Made by a program: the position numbers and the translations under genes | Notes under the pieces: model-generated | Told to the model about the DNA's origin: nothing | The model's database searches: none | Seen by the model: only the letters and a program-made list of their open reading frames with translations | Shown here: positions 1 through 12,069 of the stretch, piece by piece | Layout: each line of letters opens with the position of its first letter | Numbering within the stretch: position 1 is the stretch's first letter | Source of the DNA: Gnetum montanum | Taxonomy: Eukaryota; Plantae; Gnetophyta | Direction: 5' to 3' | Assembly: GCA_015680685.1 (NCBI GenBank) | Contig: MNCI01003375.1 | Location: 9,900 to 73,899, forward strand | DNA length: 64,000 nucleotides

Positions 1-46
1 TACCCTAGGAGTCCCTTTATTTATTTGCAGATCGTTGGAAATGCAC

Positions 47-1039
47 NNNNNNNNNNNNNNNNNNNNNNNNNNNNNNNNNNNNNNNNNNNNNNNNNNNNNN
101 NNNNNNNNNNNNNNNNNNNNNNNNNNNNNNNNNNNNNNNNNNNNNNNNNNNNNNNNNNNNNNNNNNNNNNNNNNNNNNNNNNNNNNNNNNNNNNNNNNNN
201 NNNNNNNNNNNNNNNNNNNNNNNNNNNNNNNNNNNNNNNNNNNNNNNNNNNNNNNNNNNNNNNNNNNNNNNNNNNNNNNNNNNNNNNNNNNNNNNNNNNN
301 NNNNNNNNNNNNNNNNNNNNNNNNNNNNNNNNNNNNNNNNNNNNNNNNNNNNNNNNNNNNNNNNNNNNNNNNNNNNNNNNNNNNNNNNNNNNNNNNNNNN
401 NNNNNNNNNNNNNNNNNNNNNNNNNNNNNNNNNNNNNNNNNNNNNNNNNNNNNNNNNNNNNNNNNNNNNNNNNNNNNNNNNNNNNNNNNNNNNNNNNNNN
501 NNNNNNNNNNNNNNNNNNNNNNNNNNNNNNNNNNNNNNNNNNNNNNNNNNNNNNNNNNNNNNNNNNNNNNNNNNNNNNNNNNNNNNNNNNNNNNNNNNNN
601 NNNNNNNNNNNNNNNNNNNNNNNNNNNNNNNNNNNNNNNNNNNNNNNNNNNNNNNNNNNNNNNNNNNNNNNNNNNNNNNNNNNNNNNNNNNNNNNNNNNN
701 NNNNNNNNNNNNNNNNNNNNNNNNNNNNNNNNNNNNNNNNNNNNNNNNNNNNNNNNNNNNNNNNNNNNNNNNNNNNNNNNNNNNNNNNNNNNNNNNNNNN
801 NNNNNNNNNNNNNNNNNNNNNNNNNNNNNNNNNNNNNNNNNNNNNNNNNNNNNNNNNNNNNNNNNNNNNNNNNNNNNNNNNNNNNNNNNNNNNNNNNNNN
901 NNNNNNNNNNNNNNNNNNNNNNNNNNNNNNNNNNNNNNNNNNNNNNNNNNNNNNNNNNNNNNNNNNNNNNNNNNNNNNNNNNNNNNNNNNNNNNNNNNNN
1001 NNNNNNNNNNNNNNNNNNNNNNNNNNNNNNNNNNNNNNN
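47..1039. other. Assembly gap (N run)
   Basis: Continuous Ns; the X-filled ORFs spanning it are artefacts. Confidence 0.99.
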
Positions 1040-1130
1040 TTTACACATTTTTGTTTTACACATTTTTGTTTTACAAATTTCTTTAACTTTTCTTGTTTTT
1101 GTTTTACACCATCGTTATACTTTTCTATTT

Positions 1131-1153
1131 TGTGTGTGTGTGTGTGTGTGTGT
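1131..1153. repeat. (TG)n microsatellite
   Basis: About 11 TG units directly visible. Confidence 0.9.
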
Positions 1154-1797
1154 CATCCACCCTGTAAGTTCATCACCCAATAAGTGTTCGGGTCGATGGG
1201 ATGAACTGTTTTCACACTAATTGTTAATGTTTGGTTTTTACCTTTAAGTTACATTGTTGATACTAAGGTATGTTGCTTTTGATATGGCAGGCAATGAGAT
1301 CACTTCATCCATCTATCCATCAAGTCTATGGTTTCTCTTGGCTTGGAAATGTACAGTTCCCTTCCAATAAGAACTTTAACGAACCGGTGACTAGGCATTT
1401 CTCAAACTAAGGAAGGACTTAAGGATTGCAAAGGGTGTGACTTCAAGGGAACTTGATGCTTTTGTGTTGGTCATTCACTTGGGTGCTTGGATCTTTTCTT
1501 CTTGAGTTTTCTTACCGTTCCGATGTTACCCAATAATTGGAAGCTGAGACAATAAAAATAAAGTCTTTGCATGGTGTGGTCCCCACGCATAAACACACAA
1601 AACACAAAAAAAAGAGACAAAAGTGAGGATTCCAAGCACACCCCTTAGACAAAATAAAATTTTGGCTGCAAGCACTGGTTATGAAACCAAAGTGTTCCCT
1701 CTAACTAAGGCCCTTCTCGCTTTCCGTTCTCTCCTTGTTTCGTCGGAATGGTGGTGGCTCTTTGAAGATGCATCCTTGTTATCCAAGTGGATGGTTT

Positions 1798-2680
1798 NNN
1801 NNNNNNNNNNNNNNNNNNNNNNNNNNNNNNNNNNNNNNNNNNNNNNNNNNNNNNNNNNNNNNNNNNNNNNNNNNNNNNNNNNNNNNNNNNNNNNNNNNNN
1901 NNNNNNNNNNNNNNNNNNNNNNNNNNNNNNNNNNNNNNNNNNNNNNNNNNNNNNNNNNNNNNNNNNNNNNNNNNNNNNNNNNNNNNNNNNNNNNNNNNNN
2001 NNNNNNNNNNNNNNNNNNNNNNNNNNNNNNNNNNNNNNNNNNNNNNNNNNNNNNNNNNNNNNNNNNNNNNNNNNNNNNNNNNNNNNNNNNNNNNNNNNNN
2101 NNNNNNNNNNNNNNNNNNNNNNNNNNNNNNNNNNNNNNNNNNNNNNNNNNNNNNNNNNNNNNNNNNNNNNNNNNNNNNNNNNNNNNNNNNNNNNNNNNNN
2201 NNNNNNNNNNNNNNNNNNNNNNNNNNNNNNNNNNNNNNNNNNNNNNNNNNNNNNNNNNNNNNNNNNNNNNNNNNNNNNNNNNNNNNNNNNNNNNNNNNNN
2301 NNNNNNNNNNNNNNNNNNNNNNNNNNNNNNNNNNNNNNNNNNNNNNNNNNNNNNNNNNNNNNNNNNNNNNNNNNNNNNNNNNNNNNNNNNNNNNNNNNNN
2401 NNNNNNNNNNNNNNNNNNNNNNNNNNNNNNNNNNNNNNNNNNNNNNNNNNNNNNNNNNNNNNNNNNNNNNNNNNNNNNNNNNNNNNNNNNNNNNNNNNNN
2501 NNNNNNNNNNNNNNNNNNNNNNNNNNNNNNNNNNNNNNNNNNNNNNNNNNNNNNNNNNNNNNNNNNNNNNNNNNNNNNNNNNNNNNNNNNNNNNNNNNNN
2601 NNNNNNNNNNNNNNNNNNNNNNNNNNNNNNNNNNNNNNNNNNNNNNNNNNNNNNNNNNNNNNNNNNNNNNNNNNNNNNNN
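1798..2680. other. Assembly gap (N run)
   Basis: Continuous Ns. Confidence 0.99.
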
Positions 2681-2870
2681 CCAAATGTGGCCTGATGTCA
2701 TTGTAATAAGGTGTTCACCCTTGTTGTCATGAACACCAGTTGTGTCAAGTCTTGTAATAATGAACCGTTCACATGTCATTCCATTAGTTCCATTTCCCCT
2801 AATAATCCCATACCTACCTGATATTATTGTAAGGAACTCGAGGACGAGTTTTCATTCAGTCATGGGGGTA

Positions 2871-3860
2871 TGATGAGACGCGAATTGCACAAGCCGCGAT
2901 ATCGCATACGCGATATCGCGTCCGCCACGATATGGCATCCCCTACGATATCGTGTACACGATATCGCGTCCTTCCTTGCAATATTGCGTATGCGATATCG
3001 CGGTCCACTGCCATATCTATAAATAAGAGGTGGCACACCCCTCATTTCCAATCATAGGCATAAAGTAGCGAAGCTCTGGTGGATTGATCACCCCAGAGAT
3101 AGAATATTTTCCTTGTGCCCGCAGTAGGAGTCCCCCAAGTGAACGGTTCTTTATTCGAGCAGCTTTGTACCTGAACACAAGTTGTGTACGACAATAAAGA
3201 CAAGCTTTGTGAATAAACCTTGTAGTGCATGGATAGGTTTAATTAATGTTATTTACTACTTTCCTAGTAACACGGCATGAGTACGACTTGGTTACGAGTG
3301 TTGACGAACGTGTACGACTAGCCAAGGAATCAGCTACTCATCGTGAGTAGATTCTCTCACCCTTTCCTCCTACACGTGGGACAAGTACGACCTGATTACG
3401 AGCATCTATGGATGTGTACGGCTAGTCAAGGAATCGGCTGCTTATCACACTTAGGTTAGTTAAGTGCCTCAGTACGACCACTTCATGCACATGCGTTACG
3501 TGTGGTGATCCCAGTAACGATTAGCATTTGGTAGCCACAGTTGCACAGTTCAGGGTGTGTACGGCAAGTGGGAATGGATGTTGACGCTAGGACTTAGTGT
3601 TGTAGTTAGAGTTAGTTAGTTTCTCAACCCTTCACCCTCATAGCTTAGGAGATAAACTTGAAAATACCAAAAAAATCATATACCTCAGACTTGCTTAACC
3701 ATACACCGTGACACATACAAGCAAGCCTGGGAAGACAACGAACGATTAACCCCAAGTGTTCCTTGTGGCGTTTAGGCATTTATTCTGCGGAGTTTGACTG
3801 GATCGCGCGTGCTATGCTAGTTTCGTATGGTTGAGTGTAGGGGTACCTCGCCACTCATCA
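2871..3860 (+). repeat. 3' LTR (990 bp, TGATG...CATCA) of the Athila-type element
   Basis: Starts TGATGAGAC immediately after the PPT (2862-2870); ends ...CCTCGCCACTCATCA; homologous to the LTRs at 12475 and 18044; TATA-like CTATAAATA near 3018. Confidence 0.93.
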
Positions 3861-5029
3861 AACATCAAAATTGTAGAGGATGATCACAATAAGTAGTAAA
3901 GGAAAAATATTTTAAAAAAATTAATTTGCTCAAAAACACCTCCAAGCCCTTCCTAACATTTTAGCCTATCCCCAAGATCATGGGATGTTGATGGAAAAAA
4001 TTTTCCAAAGTCTTAATGTTGCTCATCTTCATAGCAGTAAATGCATAATAGCCTTGAAAACCTAATTTCACATGACCTTATGGAAATGTCCATAAAACAT
4101 TAACCTCTCAACAAAATTCAATGATTCCACCACTATTGGAATCAAAAAACCATGAACTAAAATCCCACAATAAGAAAACATAAAAAATCTCATCCAATTT
4201 TTAAGAAAAAATTATAAGTTTTACCTAACCATGGCCATCCTAACTGTAACCCCATTTCATGAGAGTCAACAAAAACACCCACCAAAAGAAAATCATATAT
4301 CCAAATTCAATGATTCCACATCTGCTAGAATCCTTGAATCATGAACTAAAAACTTGTGATATTGAAACTCAAAAATTCATGACCATTTTGTATACAAAAA
4401 ATACCAAATTCCCACTAGAAAATAGCCAAAAATGGAAAACCCACTTAACATAGGCCAACAGAAACAACATAAAAAATTAACCGTAACATGAAATTGAGTG
4501 GTTCAAAAATTAGATTGACCATAAAACTATAGAAAATAACTCCATAGCCTTAGAAAATTAAAAAAAAAAGACATTTACTTAGGAAAAAATCCATAACTCC
4601 TATTGATTTTTTGGGTGGAAAAAGCAAAAAACCCATGGAATCCATTGAAAATAGCATTTATTCCATGATGAAAACAAAACCCAAAATCCAAGTAACATTG
4701 AAAATGAGTATACATGACATAAACCTACAATGAAATTTTTACAAAATCCCAAAATAACCAACACACGAGCCTAGATTTGAGAAATGGTATAGATGACATA
4801 AACCTAATAAATGGAATTCTTGAAAGAAATGGGAAAATAGGTAAATATGTGTACCTAGGAAAACAAATAATAGAACCCTCTCCAATCCTGGGACAAGGAA
4901 GTTTTGATAGGCCATAGGTAGCTACATCTACCTCCTCCAAGGTCAAGTTCTTCATGGGTGCCTTTGTCCTTGACATGCTATAAAAACCTAGCATAGAAAG
5001 CACTAGGAAACCTTTGGATTCTAACAAGC

Positions 5030-7870
5030 CTAGGGTAACTACGTTGGCACTAGTAAATGGGATGCCTATGACTATATTGGGGTTAGTAGTAGTGGTAGGC
5101 ATAGAGATCTCATCTTGGGCACAACAACAAGGAAGGATGGAAGCAACAACGATTCTTACAAGTTTGGAACATAAAAAAATCCACTTAAACCGAGGTGCCC
5201 ATCTTCTAACCCTGGTTTCCATGCGCAACTCCCACTCCGCTTAGTGATTTAATTAGCAACTTAGACTACACTAGGTGTGAGAAATCCATTTTATTCTAAA
5301 ATTTTCAATTTTATGTAGGCCCCACTAGACATTAGGAAAACAATCCAATCCCATGACTACGTTGGGATTTTAGGCTTCTGGGCTTGACTACATTTAGGAT
5401 TGAAAATCATAGAAGCCTTGGGATAAGATCCATATCCCATTCACCTTCAAATTTGAACCCACAGTCCTCCATCCAAGCTAAAACCCTCATGACTAAGTTG
5501 GGCAAGCTAGTGTTGACATTTGGGCAAACTAGGCTGCATAGGACATCAAAATTCATGGGAAAACTTGGTAGCCTATGAGATTAAGCTAACGTGGGGCCTA
5601 ACTACACTAGCCTAGCATAGTTAAATGGGATATGAGATATTTACCTACTTCCAAGCAACCCATTCACACTAAACATTGACTCACAAAGCTCTATACCAAG
5701 AGCAATAGTTGGGAGTTGGGATGGGTAATCACCAAGCACAAGAATGGCATCAAATCTTATAAAAAACTAGATTATTGATGTGACTATGCTAGGTAGGTGC
5801 ATGGTTACACTAGCTCAACATAGTTAAGGATGGAATAAATCATTTCTAGCTCACCCAGCCTCTAATCAACTCCAAATTCCCATGCCATCCTTTCAAACCC
5901 TAGCTAGAGCTCTCGATAGCCTCAAAACTTTGTCACATTCACTAAATGAGGCCAAAAAGTGATGAAAACATGTCACTACATTGCAGGGAGGCTGTGACTA
6001 TGCTAGCCCTAGGGTAGTGATCGGATTTATGGGTGGAATTGACCATATAGAACATGCCAGACTTTCAAAACTTCATCTCTAAGCCTTCAAACCTCCCTAA
6101 GATCCTTGGTAATCTTAGATTTCTAATCAATCCACCAAAAAAACCATGCAGAGCTCACTGGTGGTGCCTAGTGTAGTCCACTCAAAACCCTTAGACAAAT
6201 CACTTCCAAGCCCAAATCCACCCCCAAAGACCTCAGGAACATGCCAGACTATAGATAGAAGAAAAAATTTGGCATTACCCATTCCAAAACCAATTTTCCA
6301 AGGGTGACTACATTGGGTCATTGTAGCACTTGTGGTGCCTAGTGTAGTCCAACTATAAAGCTTGAAATAAGTCAATTCTCAATCAAACCCACTTATTAAG
6401 AACCTCAAAACCTAGTAGAGATGAAAGCCAAGAAAAAGCTTATCACTTTTTCCCATTTTTAGAATTTCCCAACCCTAACTATGCTAGGGATGGTGTGACT
6501 ATATTAGGCTAGTGTAGTAACTAGTGGTGCCCAATGTAGTTCATCTAAAATTAGTTAAAATTTATCACAACCTGAATCCACCTTTTGTCAACCTTGGAAT
6601 TGAAGCCTATGAAGACCACTAAACTCACATATTTCCATCCTAAGCATGTCAACTATGCTAAAAACTCTAGGACTACACTAGGCCAACATAGTCACTAGTG
6701 CTACCTAGTGTAGTTCACATGTTGGAACCCAAAACAAGTCAAATCCAATTACTAGAACATCATTTCCAACTATAGGACCTTACTAGAGCAGATTGCAACC
6801 ATACAATTTGGGGATTTAAGCTAGAATTCACTATTTTCACTCCAAATATCATGATTACATTGGAAACTGCATGACTACACTGGGCTAACATAGTCACTAG
6901 TGTAGAGAATGGAAAAGTCTAAAACAACTCAGAAATAGTCAAAATCGATCCTTGTAAGACCTAGAACATTTTTGGAGCTTGATGAGACCTAGAAACCTTG
7001 GAAAATGATCCAAAATCCATTTTTTTCATCCAAAACCTCTCAACTATGATGGGGATTACATGCTAGCATAATCAAGAGGTATTTGGCCATTCCAGCATCC
7101 AAGCAAGCATAAAAATTGATAATTCTGACACTAAAACCCTAGCTAGTAGAACAGTGACCTTAGGAGTTCATTAGCATGGTCGATTGGATAAAGAAACTCA
7201 TCAAAATTCATTTCCCATGCATGACTATGCTAGGGAGGCCTATGACTATGCTAGCCTAGTGTAGTCATAGTAGGAACCCATTTTGTAGTAACATCAACCA
7301 GTAGTATACCACATAGAATGATCCAAAACTGACTTAGGAAGCTCAGGACCCTATTCCACCCCATCCAACTACAATTCCACTTCATTTTAGCCCTGAAAAC
7401 ACCAAATTTCCCATGAATACTTTAGCAACATGCATGACTACACTAGCCTAGCATAGTCAAATGGGAAAGCCCATAAAACCCAATTTTGTTGCCCAAATTT
7501 GATCTTCAAATAGCTAATTTAGCCCCCCAATGATCTTGTGTTGACCTAGGAAGTTGACAGAGAATTAATACCAATCCAAAAGTCTCAAAATTTCACTTAT
7601 TCCATGTGACTATGCTAGGGCCTACCATGACTACACTAGCCAAGCATAGTCACCAATGGAAACATCATTTTCAAGCTTATGGCAGGTGAAAATAGTGTCA
7701 AAACTTATCAATCTTTAGTACCAACCCCTTGCACTAGCTTTCTAGAGCATTAGGATCCCAAAAGTAACAATATTAAGCCTAGGAAGTGCTTATGAGTTTT
7801 GCCTACGCTAGGAAATGCATGACTATGTTGGGCCAACATAGTCACCAATACAGCCTAGTGTAGTCACAAG
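5030..7870. repeat. Dispersed inverted-motif array TGACTAYRCTAG / CTAGYRTAGTCA (Tat A family)
   Basis: Examples: TGACTACACTAGCCTAGCATAGTCA at 7435-7459, TGACTACACTAGCCAAGCATAGTCA at 7628-7652, and 7221-7268; dozens of half-sites by eye. Confidence 0.85.
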
Positions 7871-8602
7871 AAAAATGCTAATTTTACCTCAAGACAACCC
7901 TAGAATGATCCCCTCATGTGCCCAAACTTTCCTAGCAGCACTAAAGCCTCATACCATGGCTCGCTAATGCCTAAAACTGGAAAAATCTAACCCTGTTTGA
8001 CTAGTATTTACCAAGTTTTACCACATGTATTCTATTCTGATGGATTTGACCTTGTTTCATGGTGTTTTAAATTGTTTTGACCTTGGGATGTATTGTTGAC
8101 CACCATGACCATCAGTTGACCTCATCCAACCTCTACATCATGTCAATTTCATCACATTTATCTTTTTTTTTCTCTATTAGCACCTCTATTGATCCCTGTT
8201 TAGCCTTTTATTGGTGGTAAATGATGGGATTTGACCATCTTTGACCTCATTTGACACCATGTAACCATGACTTGCCAAGGCCTTAAACTAGCAAAATGGC
8301 CTACCAAGGCCTTAAACTAGCAAAACATAACCTTAGTTAACTATGTTTGGCCTTATTTCTTATATTTTTATGATGCTTCAACTTGTTTTGACCTTTATTT
8401 TCTTGTATGTGGCCTTTGTTCCATCTTACTTGTCTTCACCTACATCCTATAGCCTTGGATGATCTTGTTTACATTTTTTTTGACAATGGAATAGCATGTG
8501 TTCACATATTTACTAAGGTATTTTATATCATTTTAACTTTATTTACTCATTTTTATCCATGTGCCACTTAATGTGCTTATGGTTGATATGCAGGATTGGA
8601 GT

Positions 8603-11511
8603 ATGGACACCTTGAAGCAAATTGCCCTACCTTTGAGCCTACATGGACCTCATGGTGATGTTGAATGATGTATTGACCCTAATTGCCTAGATCTTAAGCC
8701 TAAGAGTCTCATTGATTACATAGCTTCTATAGAAAAACATCTAGAATGGCCTAAAAACCTAGTTAAAACCCTTGACCTTGAGGCTTGCAACATTACCAAA
8801 GGCTCTCTAGTTGAGGTTCCTGTCACAACATGCAATGGTGAGGAGAAAACACTAAAACTAAGTTCCTCACTAGAACCTTAACAGGCTTAAGACATCACCA
8901 TGGTTTTATAAGATAACATTAAGGCATTTTCTTGGTCATATGAAGATATGTTAGGTCTAGAGCCACATTTAGTCAAACAAAACATCATACTTTATCCTAG
9001 CATTAGACTGATTAAGCAAAAGGTTTATAAGATTAAACCTAATTTGACCCAAGTAGTTTGTGATGAAATGACAAAACTATATCAGGTTGGTTTCATTAGA
9101 GCTATTGATTACATAGAATGGGTATCTAGCATTATGGTAGTTCCTAAGAAAAATGGGAGTATTCACATTTGCATTAATTTTTTAGACCTAAATAAGGCAA
9201 CCATCAAGGATGATTTCTCTTTGTCTAGTATTAACCAAATTTATCAATACTACGACTAGTCATACCTTATTATCCTTTATGAATGGATTTTTGAGATACA
9301 ACTAGGTTAGGATTAACCAAGAACATCAACTTAGTACAACCTTCATGACACCTTAGAGTACCTTTTGTTATACCATGATGTCCTCTGGTCTAGATAATGC
9401 AAAAGCAACCTACTAAAGAGCTATGACATATATCTTTAGTGATTATATGCTAGGTTTGCTTAATGATTATGTAGACTATATAGCTATTAAGTCCAAAGTG
9501 GTTGATAACCATACACGACCTCAACCTTGTGTTAAAATGATATCTCAAATATGAGCTTAGGCTAAATCCCAAAAAGTATGTCTTTGACATTAAAACTAGT
9601 AAGATTCTTGGCTTTGTAGTATCCAAAGTGGGAATATGTGTTAATCCTAATAAGGTTAAAAACGTATCCAAACTGGCAACACCAACTAACCTTAAGGAGC
9701 TTTGGGGATTGTAAGGAAAACTATAATTTATCCATAGGTTTATTGCTAGGCTTATGAATAAGTTACAAGTCATGCAACACATTCTTAAGAAAGGAGTTCA
9801 CTATGAGTGGATGGCTCAATGCTAAGAAACCTTTGAAAACCTTAAGCAAGAGTTGACACAACCACCAATAGTATATCCTCCACAAGAGGATAAACTATTT
9901 TACATCTACGTTAATATCTCTAACATGTTTATTGCCTCTCTACTATATTAGAAATGAGATGATGGAGTGGAGTTACCTGTATACTACTTAAGCATTGCAT
10001 TAGTTTCCCTTGTATACTACTAAAGTGGAGAAGTATTTTCTAGCCCTAGTCTTCTCATTGAAGAAGTGGAGGCACTAACTCTTTAGAAGCTAGGTCAATG
10101 TCATATGCAAAGATATTTTTCTTAGAGCCATAATGATCAACATCTATGAGAGTAGCTGAATAGCCTATTGGAAAGCCATAATAGTGGAGTTTGACCTTCA
10201 TTATGTTTCTTAAGCCTCAACAAAGGATCATGCTATAGCTATACAACTTACTATTTCATCGGTAGAAGACCATGCAACTATACACTTGAATTTCTAGATG
10301 AACACATCAACATTATTAGCAATGTGCCTAAGGGCTATGAGGCAGTAATGCATTTCAATGGAACTTCAATTAGTCATGGGGCCAGTGCCACTACCATTAT
10401 AACATTCCCATCTAGTGAAATCCAACCCTTTGCCTATGGTTTCAAATTTCTTTGTACCAACAATATAGTAGAGTATGAGGATTTGATTAGACGGATGATG
10501 GTAGATCATGATCAAGGAATCAAATACTTAATGATCAAAGATGACTGACAACTTGTGTGGTTAACCAAGTAACTGAGGTTTATGCATGTAAAGACAAACA
10601 TTTTCAAGCTTACTATGACCTAGGAAAGAAACTAATGCAACAATTTATAGACATTGATATCCAACATGTATCCTAAATTGAGAACACTATAGTCGATGCC
10701 ATAATAATGCTAGCCCATAGTGTAATGCCAAATGTGTTTAGCAAGTTGTCCACATTGACTATGAACTATGCTATTTCCATCACGTAGAGCACTAAGGATA
10801 TCTTTGTGGTCATAGCTCATATTGCTTCTCCAAAGGAGTGGTATGATGATATCAATTTTTACCTTATGCATGATGAACCTTCACAATGCTTAACTACTAC
10901 TCAAAAGGACATTGTACATAAATGATCAAAATAGTATGTCATAGTAGGTGATAATACATTATGCTAATGGTCCTATGATGGCATATTATTAGTGTGCCTA
11001 GGTAAAACCAAAGCCCACACAATCCTAAAGCAAGTTCACGAGGCTGTATATGGGGGACATATAGAACCTAGAACCATGGCTACTAATGTTAGATGACTAG
11101 GCTATTACTGGTCATATATGGAAAGTGATTGCCTTCATAAGGTTAAAACTTGTGACATGTGCCAATGGCATAGCAACCTGTTACACATACTGCCAACTAA
11201 GTTACACACTACTTAGATAACTCGGTCATTTCAATGATGGGGATTGGATATCATTAGACCTATAATACCTAAGTCTTTTACAGGGCATAGTTTTATCATC
11301 ACTACAATCAAATACTTCACTAAGTGGGTTGAAGCTATTTCCCTAAGGAAGACAATGCCTAAACAAGTCTGTAGATTCATACTTGGTAACATAGTAGCCT
11401 ATTTTGGCATAACTATGACCATAGTCATTAACAATGGACCATAGTTTAGTAGCCAAGAAATGAAAAAATTTTATCATGACCTAGGCATTTAGCACTCCTT
11501 CTTATCACCAT
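8603..11511 (+). pseudogene. Tat pol pseudogene, 5' part: reverse transcriptase, RNase H, additional (archaeal-type) RNase H, integrase N-terminus and core
   Basis: AFSWSYEDMLGLEPHLV, EWVSSIMVVPKKNGSIHICINFLDLNKATIKDDF (RT); HFNGTS...FLCTNNIVEYEDLI (aRH); MDIIRPIIPKS..GHSFII...YFTKWVEAISL (INT); many stops and frameshifts. Confidence 0.92.
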
Positions 11512-12026
11512 TGAAACACCATCAAATTTGCATGTTGTAACCTTTGTAGCCCCATCCCATGAAACTCGAGGCTACACTTCATTGTAAATGTGAAGATTGT
11601 AATCCATAAGAGGCAATCTCACACATTTCATACTTTTTGGGCTGAAAACAATGCCCCATAAGTGGCCAAAGCCTCATTCCCCAAGTGAAAAGAGTCACCT
11701 AGTGTCTATATTTGGGCTTTGCGTCAAGAGGGGGGGTGTTCAAAAATGTATTTTGGGATGCCAAAATGAAAATTTGATAGGTTTTATGGTAGGTATACAC
11801 TTTTATACATTGGAAAACTACTACAGGGTGGTAACTTAGTCTAGAGGGGGTGTGGGTCATCCACTCCCATCATAGAGGCATCAAAGCTAGCGTGGAGGAG
11901 TATAGGAGATGGATCTCCCCCACCCCTAGCATAGAAGAAGGGTAACTTAGCCTAGAGAGGTTTAACCTTTACCCCCACTCTTGATCTATCATCCCACTTA
12001 ATGTTGACACCTCCCCCAACACCCCG

Positions 12027-12067
<41 letters not shown>
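12027..12067. repeat. Poly-C tract (41 nt) in the solo LTR
   Basis: Directly visible. Confidence 0.9.

Positions 12068-12069
<2 letters not shown>

Larger units (their letters stand above)
1..3860 (+). mobile_element. 3' part of a non-autonomous Athila-type LTR retrotransposon (same family as 12475-18827)
   Basis: Bases 1-46 read YPRSPFIYLQIVGNA, matching DPKSSLIYLQVIGNE at the protease start of the 12475-18827 copy. 1040-1797 and 2681-2870 match the reverse complement of 14400-15150 and 13277-13465. PPT ATGGGGGTA precedes the LTR. Confidence 0.9.

Noticed and set aside
17-2779. 300-380 aa ORFs in the track
   Set aside because: Almost entirely X from N gaps; the same applies to the ORFs at 49935-50271 and 56783-57428.
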